DNA of 64,000 bases. Source: Saccharicrinis sp. (GTDB taxonomy: Bacteria > Bacteroidota > Bacteroidia > Bacteroidales > Marinilabiliaceae). The translations under genes and the position numbers were made by a program. Under the pieces are notes generated by a model, which worked only from the letters and a program-made list of their open reading frames with translations, did no database searches and was not told where the DNA came from. The stretch spans positions 5,986 to 69,985 of the forward strand of contig JAGXIO010000137.1 in assembly GCA_024635555.1 (NCBI GenBank). The letters run 5' to 3'. Positions 18,317 through 27,646 of the stretch are shown here, one piece after another. Position 1 is the first letter of the stretch. Each line of letters begins with the position of its first letter.

Positions 18317-19093
18317 ATGCAACAACTAACTATAGTAAAAGTAGGCGGAAAGGTAGTGGAAACGCCAGAATCCCTGCAGAAATTACTCGCAGATTTTGTG
18401 GCTTTGCCGGGGCTAAAAATACTGGTACATGGCGGCGGACGCTCTGCTACTAAAGTGGCCGAACAACTGGGCATCGAAACAAAAATGGTGGAAGGGCGCA
18501 GGATTACCGACCTGGAAACACTAAAGGTGGTGACCATGGTATATGCCGGGCTGGTCAATAAAAACATTGTGGCCTCATTGCAAGCCAAGGGAGCAAATGC
18601 CATAGGGCTTACCGGTGCCGACCTGAATTTGATTAGGGCAGTAAAGCGACCCGTAAAAGATATCGATTATGGTTATGTGGGCGATGTGGAATCCGTTCAG
18701 GTGGGAGAGTTGATGGAGCTTCTTAACAAAAATGTAGTGCCTGTAGTTGCACCCTTAACGCACGACGGCTTAGGCAATATGCTCAATACCAATGCTGATA
18801 CCATGGCTTCGGCCTTGGCAGTGGCTTTTGCAAAGCACTATCAAGTTAATCTGGTTTACTGTTTTGAGAAAAAAGGTGTTTTAAGCGACCCGGAAAATGA
18901 GGATGCGGTAATTGAAAAATTGAGTCATAAGCTTTTTAAAGAATATCAACAAAGCGGGGTAATTGCCGAAGGAATGATACCGAAGTTGGATAATGGCTTT
19001 AAAGCTCTCGATAGCGGCGTTGCAAAAGTAGTTATTACCAATACCGAAGGATTAAAGTCCGGTTTTGATTCAGGGACTCTTTTAATTCTTTAA
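18317..19093 (+). CDS. argB: N-acyl-glutamate kinase
   Basis: KVGGKVV...VHGGG amino-acid kinase motifs; 258 aa. Confidence 0.9.
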   Translation: MQQLTIVKVGGKVVETPESLQKLLADFVALPGLKILVHGGGRSATKVAEQLGIETKMVEGRRITDLETLKVVTMVYAGLVNKNIVASLQAKGANAIGLTGADLNLIRAVKRPVKDIDYGYVGDVESVQVGELMELLNKNVVPVVAPLTHDGLGNMLNTNADTMASALAVAFAKHYQVNLVYCFEKKGVLSDPENEDAVIEKLSHKLFKEYQQSGVIAEGMIPKLDNGFKALDSGVAKVVITNTEGLKSGFDSGTLLIL

Positions 19094-19212
19094 GGTGATT
19101 ATTTGAAAAAAGTATCAAGATTTGAAGGCAAAGTATTAAGCAAAGCTTACGGATAGTATGTTGCCCAACATAAGGCGGCTTGCTTTTGCCAGTAAGACAG
19201 AAGGAAAAGGTC

Positions 19213-19338
19213 GTATTGTAAATCTACCCTGGAGGGGTAAAAATATGAATAACCCCGGGTGAAACCCGGGGTTAAAAACGTCATGATAATCCGGTGCAGC
19301 ACAAGGTTTATTAGATTTGCACGGTAGGTTTGCACCGG
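19213..19338. repeat. Third GTATTGTAAA box followed by a train of three hairpins
   Basis: GTATTGTAAA at 19213-19222. Hairpins: TACCC-TGGAG-GGGTA (19225-19239), AACCCCGGG-TGAAA-CCCGGGGTT (19251-19273), and CCGGTGCA...TGCACCGG (19291-19338). Confidence 0.7.
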
Positions 19339-19481
19339 TCTGGACTGCTGGTGAATGGAATATTTTAAAAAACTACTATCCACTTATTTATTATAAGCGA
19401 CTATAATTATGAGAGATAGATATTAGATTGGATATGTGTAAATAGTATTTCATTAAATCGAGCATAATTTAATAATAAATC

Positions 19482-20546
19482 ATGAAAAACATCCAAACAT
19501 ACACCGCCCAAGCTATAGAACTTTTAAAACAACTTATTTCCATTGAGTCCCTAAGCCGTAACGAAGACAAGGCCGCCGATTTGATGGAAAGCTTTTTAAA
19601 GGGCAAAGGACTTTCGGTAAATAGAAAAGGAAACAACGTATGGGTTTGGGCAAAAGCAAACGACAGCCATAAACCCAGTATCTTGCTCAACTCGCACATC
19701 GATACGGTAAAACCTTCGTCAAAATGGACTTACCCGCCTTATACACCCACCGTCGAAGGAGATTTTTTATATGGATTGGGGAGTAACGATGCAGGCGGCC
19801 CTTTGGTTTCCTTGCTAGCCACTTTTTTATTGTTGGCAGAGGAAGACCAACCTTACAACCTTGTTTATGCAGCTACGGCGGAGGAAGAAATTTCCGGGGT
19901 CAACGGTATCGCTCTGATTTTATCCGAGTTGGGGCCAATAGATTTAGGAATAGTGGGTGAGCCAACCGACATGCAAATGGCTGTTGGCGAAAAGGGATTG
20001 TTGGTTTTGGACTGCGAAGCCAAAGGTAAGGCAGGTCATGCCGCCCGTAACGAGGGGACGAATGCTATTTACGAAGCCCTGCAGGATATAGAATGGTTTC
20101 GGAATTATCAGTTTCCCGAAATATCCGATTTGTTTGGCCCGGTAAAGATGACCGTGACCCAAATAGAAGCCGGTAGCCAGCATAACGTGGTCCCCGATAC
20201 CTGCAAATTTGTGGTGGATGTGCGTGTTAACGAAAAGTACAGTAACCTGCAAATTGTGGATATCATTCGAAGTAAAGTAAAGAGCCAGGTAACTCCCCGG
20301 AGCACCCGGTTAAACAGTTCCGCTATCGCCATGCAGCATCCGATAGTTAAAAAGGGTTTGCAGATGGGGCGCACCTGTTATGGCTCACCAACCACATCCG
20401 ATCAAGCTTTGATGAACTTTACAACCTTAAAGATGGGCCCAGGGCACTCCGGACGTTCACATACGGCTGATGAATATATTAAACTGGGGGAGATAAAAGA
20501 GGGAGTGAAAATTTATTACGAACTTTTGAAGGACTTAAAACTGTGA
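19482..20546 (+). CDS. argE: M20-family deacylase, ArgE-like (N-acyl-citrulline/ornithine deacylase)
   Basis: M20 metal ligands (LNSHIDTV, EEE, GEPT); position within the arg cluster. Confidence 0.8.
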   Translation: MKNIQTYTAQAIELLKQLISIESLSRNEDKAADLMESFLKGKGLSVNRKGNNVWVWAKANDSHKPSILLNSHIDTVKPSSKWTYPPYTPTVEGDFLYGLGSNDAGGPLVSLLATFLLLAEEDQPYNLVYAATAEEEISGVNGIALILSELGPIDLGIVGEPTDMQMAVGEKGLLVLDCEAKGKAGHAARNEGTNAIYEALQDIEWFRNYQFPEISDLFGPVKMTVTQIEAGSQHNVVPDTCKFVVDVRVNEKYSNLQIVDIIRSKVKSQVTPRSTRLNSSAIAMQHPIVKKGLQMGRTCYGSPTTSDQALMNFTTLKMGPGHSGRSHTADEYIKLGEIKEGVKIYYELLKDLKL

Positions 20547-20741
20547 CTAATGTCATAAAATCATTAGCTTAGCTTGAATTTGTAAGTTAATTAATATATT
20601 TTTGTTGCATCCATAATAAATATCGGCAACAAAATTAGGAATTCGTAATTGCCTTCAGCGCTGTATTTACAATTAATCAACCAGGTAAATCAACATCTTG
20701 ATATGGCAACCGTTGTGTTTTAATTAGAAAAGGGATTGTTC

Positions 20742-22073
20742 ATGAAACTTTGGGATAAAGGAATACAGGTAAACAAAAAGGTAGAAAGCTTTACGGTGGG
20801 TAAGGATCGGGAAATGGATTTATATCTGGCTCCCTTTGATGTGTTAGGAACCATGGCCCACATCACCATGTTGGAAAGTGTTGGTCTGTTGCACAAAGAA
20901 GAACTGCAACAATTGCTGTCGGAATTAAAAAACATTTATTCCGACACGGTGAGCGGCAATTTTAAAATCGAAGACGGGGTGGAAGATGTGCACTCTCAGG
21001 TAGAGATGATGCTCACAGACCGTTTGGGTGATATAGGTAAAAAAGTACACAGCGGGCGATCGCGTAACGATCAGGTTTTGTTGGACTTAAAATTGTTTAT
21101 CCGCAATAAGATTGAACATGTAGTAGAGGCCGTTAAAGAGTTTTTTGAAGCCCTACAAGCCCAAAGCGAAAATTATAAAGATGTTCTGATTCCCGGGTAT
21201 ACGCACCTGCAAGTGGCCATGCCATCCTCTTTTGGATTATGGTTTGGCGCCTATGCCGAAAGCCTTACCGACGACATGTACATGCTTAAGGCAGCATGGA
21301 AAATAAGCAATCAAAACCCGTTGGGTGCAGCCGCAGGCTATGGAAGTAGCTTTCCTTTGAATCGTCAGCTAACCACTGATTTGCTGGGATTCGATAACAT
21401 GAACTACAATGTGGTTTATGCACAAATGGGGCGTGGAAAAACAGAAAAAAATGTGACCATGGCCTTGAGTTCCGTGGCCTATACGGTGGGTAAATTTGCC
21501 ACTGATGCTTGTTTGTATATGAGTCAGAATTTTAGTTTTCTGACTTTGCCTGGAGAACTAACAACAGGTTCGAGTATCATGCCCCATAAAAAAAATCCCG
21601 ATGTATTTGAGCTCATCCGAGCCAAGTGCAATCAGATACAATCGCTGCCACAAAGCATCGGGATGATTACGGGTAATCTCCCGTCGGGTTATTTTAGGGA
21701 TTTGCAATTAATCAAAGAAACCTTTTTACCGGCCTTTGATGAGCTGATTAGCTGTTTGGATCTGGCTACTTTTGCCGTAAACAACATCACTATTAAAAAA
21801 GATGTTCTTAGCAATGAGATGTACAAATATGCCTTTAGCGTTGAGGAGGTTAATAAGTTGGTGTTGCAAGGGGTGCCGTTTAGAGACGCTTATAAGCAAG
21901 TTGGTGCTATGATTGAGGATGGTACTTTTGAACCTGAACTTACCGTAGCTCACACGCACGAGGGAAGCATTGGGAACTTGTGCAACACGCAAATAAAACA
22001 AAAAATGGAAACGCTGGTTGATTCTTTCAACTTTAAAGCGGTTAACCAAGCAATTGAATTGTTAAGTAAATAA
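20742..22073 (+). CDS. argH: Argininosuccinate lyase
   Basis: Fumarate-lyase signature GSSIMPHKKNPD. The ATG at 20742 is preferred over the TTG at 20736. Confidence 0.95.
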   Translation: MKLWDKGIQVNKKVESFTVGKDREMDLYLAPFDVLGTMAHITMLESVGLLHKEELQQLLSELKNIYSDTVSGNFKIEDGVEDVHSQVEMMLTDRLGDIGKKVHSGRSRNDQVLLDLKLFIRNKIEHVVEAVKEFFEALQAQSENYKDVLIPGYTHLQVAMPSSFGLWFGAYAESLTDDMYMLKAAWKISNQNPLGAAAGYGSSFPLNRQLTTDLLGFDNMNYNVVYAQMGRGKTEKNVTMALSSVAYTVGKFATDACLYMSQNFSFLTLPGELTTGSSIMPHKKNPDVFELIRAKCNQIQSLPQSIGMITGNLPSGYFRDLQLIKETFLPAFDELISCLDLATFAVNNITIKKDVLSNEMYKYAFSVEEVNKLVLQGVPFRDAYKQVGAMIEDGTFEPELTVAHTHEGSIGNLCNTQIKQKMETLVDSFNFKAVNQAIELLSK

Positions 22074-22084
22074 TAAAAAGAAAA

Positions 22085-23425
22085 ATGGCATTACTGGAAA
22101 ACCTGGCTAAGATGGCCGTGCAATCATGCGAAATAGAAAAGGATCTTTTTACGCAGATGGGCGTTAAACGCGGATTGCGAAATGAAGATTTTTCGGGTGT
22201 ATTGGTTGGCCTTACCCATATCGGAAACGTGGTTGGTTACGATAAAAAGGATGGTGTACTGATACCGCGCGAAGGGGAGCTTTATTATCGTGGCGTTGAG
22301 TTAAAGGATCTTACCCAGGGCTTTCTTTCCACAGGTCGTCATGGGTTTGAGGAAACTGCCTATCTATTGCTTACCGGCAAACTGCCTAGTGAAACCGAAC
22401 TGACTGAATTTACAGAATATCTCGCCCGCAAAAGCGAACTGCCTTCCTTCTTCTCAAAAAGCATGATATTATCCCTGAGAGGCCGCGATGTTATGAACAT
22501 GCTGGCACGATCGGTTCTCGGACTTTATGCCGCCGACGACCGTGCTGAGGACTACAGCGAGGTAAACCTGATGAAGCAGGCCATAAGTCTCATAGCAAAG
22601 TTTCCTGTAATTGTGGCTTATGCCTATTACGGCATGCGTCACTCGTATCAACACAAATCCTTAATTATACGCCATCCGCAAAAGCATTTAAGTCTGGCCG
22701 AAAATTTCTTGTACATGCTCAAAGGCCAAGAATATACCAAGCTTGAAGCCGATTTGCTGGATTTATGTCTTGTTATTCATGCCGAACACGGTGGAGGTAA
22801 TAACTCAAGCTTTACTACAAGGGTGGTTAGCTCTGCCCAAACTGATACCTATTCGGCCATAGCAGCGGCCCTGGGTTCGCTAAAAGGTAGACTCCATGGT
22901 GGAGCCAACCTCAAGGTGATGGATATGATGCAAAACATCAAAGAAAACGTAAAGGTTTGGACCGACAAAAAAGAAGTGTCGGATTATCTGTTGAAATTAT
23001 TAAACAAGGAAGCCTTTGATGGCGCCGGAAAAATATATGGTATCGGCCATGCTATTTACACCCTATCGGACCCACGAGCTGTAATTTTAAAGGAGAAGGC
23101 ACGTGAGCTGGCCGAAGAAAAGGATAAGATGGACGAGTTTGATCTGTATGCACTGATAGAAGAGCTTGCTCCTGAAGTTTTCTATCGTTTCAAAGGAGCC
23201 CATGCCAAGGTGATCTGTGCCAACGTCGATTTTTATTCGGGATTTGTATATGATTGCATCAAAATTCCCAAAGAAATATATACCCCAATTTTTGCCGTTG
23301 CCCGTATAGCCGGATGGGCCGCACACCGTATTGAGGAAGTTACCTTTTCAAGTCGTCGCATTATTCGCCCTGCTTATAGGTGCGTGATCGACAGTTCCCC
23401 GTATGTGCCTCTGAAAGATAGGTAA
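22085..23425 (+). CDS. gltA: Citrate synthase (citrate/2-methylcitrate synthase family)
   Basis: Contains HAEHGGGNNSSF and GIGHAIYTLSDPRA. Starts 11 nt after the argH stop. Confidence 0.9.
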   Translation: MALLENLAKMAVQSCEIEKDLFTQMGVKRGLRNEDFSGVLVGLTHIGNVVGYDKKDGVLIPREGELYYRGVELKDLTQGFLSTGRHGFEETAYLLLTGKLPSETELTEFTEYLARKSELPSFFSKSMILSLRGRDVMNMLARSVLGLYAADDRAEDYSEVNLMKQAISLIAKFPVIVAYAYYGMRHSYQHKSLIIRHPQKHLSLAENFLYMLKGQEYTKLEADLLDLCLVIHAEHGGGNNSSFTTRVVSSAQTDTYSAIAAALGSLKGRLHGGANLKVMDMMQNIKENVKVWTDKKEVSDYLLKLLNKEAFDGAGKIYGIGHAIYTLSDPRAVILKEKARELAEEKDKMDEFDLYALIEELAPEVFYRFKGAHAKVICANVDFYSGFVYDCIKIPKEIYTPIFAVARIAGWAAHRIEEVTFSSRRIIRPAYRCVIDSSPYVPLKDR

Positions 23426-23599
23426 GGGTGGGAGCACTTTAGTAATATACGATTTGAGATATGCGATCCCGTTCATTCTTCACGCGACAGGTTATGTGAT
23501 TTACGATTGAATTAAATCTGCTATCACCAATGTGCTATTGCTAATTTGTTATCGCCAATCTGCTATCGCATATTGTTTTAATAGAAAGAAATATACCAA

Positions 23600-23761
23600 A
23601 TGAGATTGTTTGAAATTATAAGTGCCATACTAATTCCACCCGTAGGAGTGGCATTCGCCTTTGGAATTGGGAAAAGATTTTGGATAAACTTCTTATTGAC
23701 CATGCTGGGGTATATTCCGGGAATTATTCATGCGCTCTACTTGCTCAGTAAACCCAGATAA
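23600..23761 (+). CDS. Pmp3/YqaE-family small hydrophobic membrane protein (53 aa); not in the supplied ORF track
   Basis: Hand translation: MRLFEIISAILIPPVGVAFAFGIGKRFWINFLLTMLGYIPGIIHALYLLSKPR. It fits the family pattern (PP.GV...N..LT.LGYIPG.IHA.Y). Confidence 0.75.
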   Translation: MRLFEIISAILIPPVGVAFAFGIGKRFWINFLLTMLGYIPGIIHALYLLSKPR

Positions 23762-23885
23762 ATTGTACGTTGTCATCACCTATTTATTTTTAGTTTGACA
23801 GCGATAGCAAAATAAAGCCGATATTTTTGCGTTTTCATTACTAACTATTTTAAGCTATTTTTACGGCTCATTACCAAAAAGTAAT

Positions 23886-25475
23886 ATGAAGCAATCGGTT
23901 CAATATATTTTATTTATACTATACTTGGCATCTTTGCTGTTTACAGGATGCTCAGGTGGCAAAAAAGCATCATCGGCACAAAAAGCCTTTGAAATTGGAG
24001 AATACACACGGGCAGCCGAATTGTACAAGCGGGCTTATTCGGGCGAAAAAAACAAATACAACAAAGGTGAATACGCTTATTTTATGGGCGAATCTTATCG
24101 AAAAACCAATAAGGCTAGCAAAGCAGCTTCGGCCTATTCAAAGGCGGTAAGATACGATTATCCGGTACGAGAGGCTCAATATTATTTAGCCGAAAGTTAC
24201 CGCGAAACAGGTAATATAGACAAGGCTATACCCGAGTATGAGGCTTATCTATTAGAGGTGCCAGCTGATGTGAGGGCACAAAAAGGTCTGGCATCAAGTA
24301 TGATGATGCTTAACGAACCCAAAGACAATAGGTATATTGTGGAGAAAATAAAGCGGTTAAATAGCAAATACAGTGATTTTTCGCCCACTTATGCCGGAGA
24401 ATCCTACGATTACCTTATATTTTCATCCATGCGTACCGAGGCCAAAAATCGGAAAAAGAACAAGATAACAGGTCAGGGTACATCCTCCATTTATTATTCT
24501 AAAATTGATAGCAAAGGGGAGTGGAGCGATCCGGAAGCTTTTGAGGAGCCTATTAATAACAATGCTTTTGATGATGGGGCACCCAATGTGAGTGCCGATG
24601 GTAAAATACTATACTTTACCCGTTGTCGTTACGATAAGGAAAAACCCATGGGCGCCGAAGTATTTGTATGCTCGCGCAGTGGTGGCCAATGGGTGGAGCC
24701 TGCCCCCATAGTCATTGGCACGGACAGCCTGATGGTAGCGCATCCTGCGATATATCCCGATGGAGAAACATTGCTTTTTGTGAGCGATCGCGAAGGTGGT
24801 TTTGGTGGTTTAGATATTTGGAAGACGCAAAAAAGTTCGGATGGTGCTTGGGGTGAGCCTGTAAATGCCGGCTCGGCCATCAATACCAACGGGGATGAAA
24901 TGTTTCCCTATGTGCGAGAGGACGGTACGCTGTATTTTAGCTCGGATACGCACATTGGTTTTGGGGGTTTAGACATTTTTAAAGCTGAACCCAATGAGGA
25001 AAAAGAATGGATAGTAAGCAATATGGGAACGCCCATAAACAGTACTTCTGATGATTTTGGCATTGTTTTTAAAGGCAAGCAGGAGGAGGGTATGCTCTCG
25101 TCTTCACGGGCTAGCTCAAAAGGAGTGGATGATTTGTACAGTTTTATTTTGCCTAAGCTAAATTTTAGCCTTAACGGCATTATAAAAAACGTGAACAGTG
25201 AAATTGTGCAAGATGCCTATCTCCGTTTGATAGGCAGCGATGGAACCACCATGAAAATTAATACCCCTACCGACGGAACCTTTAAGGTAAAACTAAAGCC
25301 CGATACCGATTATGTGTTTTTAGTGGCTGCTGAGGGCTATCTAAACCAAAAGGTTAAATTTTCTACCTCGGGACAAACTGACAACAAGGATTATGCCTTC
25401 GACATAACCATGGAGAAACCAATAATCAAGGTGGAAAGCCCCCTCCAACTCCCCCAAAATGGGGGAGGGTTTTGA
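23886..25475 (+). CDS. Lipoprotein with TPR + TolB-like PD40 beta-propeller repeats + carboxypeptidase-regulatory-like domain; the C-terminal OmpA-like domain usual for this architecture is absent
   Basis: Lipobox LLFTGCSGG. TPR-like N-terminus, repeated PD40-like segments (PNVSADGKILYFT, PAIYPDGETLLFVSDR, PYVREDGTLYFSSD), and a GIIKN...TDGTF beta-sandwich. The ORF ends inside a GC hairpin. Confidence 0.6.
   Translation: MKQSVQYILFILYLASLLFTGCSGGKKASSAQKAFEIGEYTRAAELYKRAYSGEKNKYNKGEYAYFMGESYRKTNKASKAASAYSKAVRYDYPVREAQYYLAESYRETGNIDKAIPEYEAYLLEVPADVRAQKGLASSMMMLNEPKDNRYIVEKIKRLNSKYSDFSPTYAGESYDYLIFSSMRTEAKNRKKNKITGQGTSSIYYSKIDSKGEWSDPEAFEEPINNNAFDDGAPNVSADGKILYFTRCRYDKEKPMGAEVFVCSRSGGQWVEPAPIVIGTDSLMVAHPAIYPDGETLLFVSDREGGFGGLDIWKTQKSSDGAWGEPVNAGSAINTNGDEMFPYVREDGTLYFSSDTHIGFGGLDIFKAEPNEEKEWIVSNMGTPINSTSDDFGIVFKGKQEEGMLSSSRASSKGVDDLYSFILPKLNFSLNGIIKNVNSEIVQDAYLRLIGSDGTTMKINTPTDGTFKVKLKPDTDYVFLVAAEGYLNQKVKFSTSGQTDNKDYAFDITMEKPIIKVESPLQLPQNGGGF
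25449..25467 (+). terminator. GC-rich hairpin overlapping the last codons of the 23886-25475 ORF
   Basis: CTCCCCC-AAAAT-GGGGGAG followed by GGTTTTGA (the stop is the TGA at 25473-25475). Confidence 0.5.
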
Positions 25476-25510
25476 AAGCACTCTTTGAGTGCTTCGGGTA
25501 TGACGGTATT

Positions 25511-25561
25511 TTACTCACGGGGTGACTATGTACATGCTGTAGATAGTCACCCCGTGAGTAA
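25511..25561. repeat. Perfect 19-bp inverted repeat in the convergent intergenic region
   Basis: TTACTCACGGGGTGACTAT (25511-25529) / ATAGTCACCCCGTGAGTAA (25543-25561) with a 13-nt loop. It is preceded by the smaller hairpin AGCACTC-TTT-GAGTGCT (25477-25493). Confidence 0.85.
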
Positions 25562-25699
25562 GCACTATTAAAAGGGGAGAGCTATTTTACAGCGGAGGAT
25601 TTTAACTTATATTTTTTATCGGCTAAGTTGGGGTGTTTGGGAGCTATGAAATTTGAGTTTATATTTCATTTTTTAAGCACAATTTGTTTTTAGGGAGCA

Positions 25700-27505
25700 T
25701 TAAAACCTTCCTTCAAAAGCTTTGATCTCATTCACAAATGCTTGTCCGTATCGCTCCCATTTGGTATTACCTACGCCCGAAATTTCTTTCATTTCACGCT
25801 CATTGGTAGGGCGTTGCTGCACCATTTCGGTAAGTGTGGCGTCCGAAAATAAAATATACGGAGGAACGCCTTGTGCAACCGCCATCGTACGTCTAAGTTG
25901 ACGCAAGCGCTCGAACAAACCTGTTTCCTGACGGAACGTAGTGGAGGCAAGCCGTTTTTTAGGTGCGGGCTTCTTGGCTCTTTTTATCTTTTCGTCTAAG
26001 CGATGGAGCATTACACGCTCGCTGTCAAAAAGTACTTTCTGACTCAAGGGTGTCAATGCCAAAATACTGCCCAACTGATATTCTACTTTTATATATCCTA
26101 AACTCACCAACTGGTTCACTATTCGTTGCCAATCGTCAATCGAAACGTCGGCTCCGGCACCAAAGGTTTTAATAGCATTAAATTTTCCGGCCATCACCTC
26201 GGGGGTTTTGTTGCCTGTCATTATCTGCGGTAATAATTCGCCGGGTAATTTCCCTTGTAAACGAGCCACTGCCGACAGAGCTTTTTGCGCTAATACGGTT
26301 CCGTCGAACAAAGCAGGTTGACCCTTGCAATTATCACATGCGCCACAATCATTCTGTGTCCACTCACCAAAATAATTAAGCAGCAATTTACGTCTGCAAT
26401 GGTTCGACTGGGCAAAATGCATCATTCTATCGAGCCGGGCATTTAAAATTACTTTACGTTCCGATTGGTCGTTAAAGCCCAGCAACACATTATAATCCTG
26501 CACGCCATAAAAGAGTAGGGCATGGGCTGGCATTCCGTCTCTTCCGCTTCGGCCTATCTCCTGATAATAACCCTCAATATTTTTTGGCAAGTTATGATGT
26601 ATCACCCAGCGCACATTTGACTTGTCGATGCCCATACCAAAAGCTATGGTGGCACATATCACTTTTATCCTATCGTTGATAAAATCGTTTTGTACACGGT
26701 TTCGAATCAGAGGATCCATGCCGGCATGATAATAGCCCGACGCCACTCCGTTGCTCCGCAAAAAGCGCGACAAATCTTCGGTGTTCTTTTTGCTCAGGCA
26801 ATACAAAATACCCGATTCCTCACCTCTTTGCTGAATAAAACTAAGGATAGCTTCCTTTCGCTTATAGGCTGGCTGTACTTCGATAAAAATATTGGGTCGG
26901 CTAAATGAATCCTTAAAAATAATGGGCTTATCCAGCTTTAGCTGAACTACAATGTCATCTTGAGTGAGCGGGTCGGCAGTAGCGGTGAGTGCCATGATGG
27001 GCACACCCATAAATTGCTTTTTCAGGTAGCCCAGCTTTTTGTAATCGGGTCTAAAATCGTGACCCCACGACGAGATGCAATGTGCTTCGTCAATTGCAAT
27101 TAGGCTTACCGTACATTGTTGCAGTATATAATAAAAGCTTTCCGAATTCATTTTTTCGGGCGAAACATACAACAACTTCACTTCGCCATCCACCGTCCGT
27201 TTTATTATTTCCGCCTGTTGTGTGTCTGTCAGTGAACTGTTCAGAAATTCCGCTTCAACTCCATTTAGTTTTAAAGCTTCCACCTGATCTTTCATCAATG
27301 CTATCAGCGGCGACACCACTACAGTAACTCCAGGCAATACCAAGGCAGGTATCTGAAAACATATAGACTTTCCCCCACCTGTGGGCATAAGCACCAAACA
27401 GTCCTTTTTTTGTAATACCGCTTCAATCACCTTTTGCTGCGTAGGGCGAAAATGGGGGTAACCAAAAACATCTTTTAGTATCTCTTTTGCTTTATTTATG
27501 GACAT
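25700..27505 (-). CDS. recQ: ATP-dependent DNA helicase RecQ
   Basis: PTGGGKS, DEAHCISSWGHDFRPDY, the Zn-binding motif CRRK...CGACDNC, and a C-terminal HRDC domain. Confidence 0.95.
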   Translation of the reverse strand: MSINKAKEILKDVFGYPHFRPTQQKVIEAVLQKKDCLVLMPTGGGKSICFQIPALVLPGVTVVVSPLIALMKDQVEALKLNGVEAEFLNSSLTDTQQAEIIKRTVDGEVKLLYVSPEKMNSESFYYILQQCTVSLIAIDEAHCISSWGHDFRPDYKKLGYLKKQFMGVPIMALTATADPLTQDDIVVQLKLDKPIIFKDSFSRPNIFIEVQPAYKRKEAILSFIQQRGEESGILYCLSKKNTEDLSRFLRSNGVASGYYHAGMDPLIRNRVQNDFINDRIKVICATIAFGMGIDKSNVRWVIHHNLPKNIEGYYQEIGRSGRDGMPAHALLFYGVQDYNVLLGFNDQSERKVILNARLDRMMHFAQSNHCRRKLLLNYFGEWTQNDCGACDNCKGQPALFDGTVLAQKALSAVARLQGKLPGELLPQIMTGNKTPEVMAGKFNAIKTFGAGADVSIDDWQRIVNQLVSLGYIKVEYQLGSILALTPLSQKVLFDSERVMLHRLDEKIKRAKKPAPKKRLASTTFRQETGLFERLRQLRRTMAVAQGVPPYILFSDATLTEMVQQRPTNEREMKEISGVGNTKWERYGQAFVNEIKAFEGRF

Positions 27506-27646
27506 AACGCAAAAGTATTGAATTTTTGGAAGCTTTCGTTAAAAAATGCAGTCCGCTCCATACTGTTGATAGTAAAGTGTGAGGATAAAGAACAGTAGAT
27601 TTTAATGAATGTGATTTTATTGCAGGATCTATTGTCAGAGTAGGTA

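Noticed and set aside
19147-19383. 78-aa minus-strand ORF in the argB-argE spacer
   Set aside because: It reads straight through the GTATTGTAAA box and hairpin train, and it lies on the opposite strand to all its neighbours. It is more likely a repeat region than a gene.
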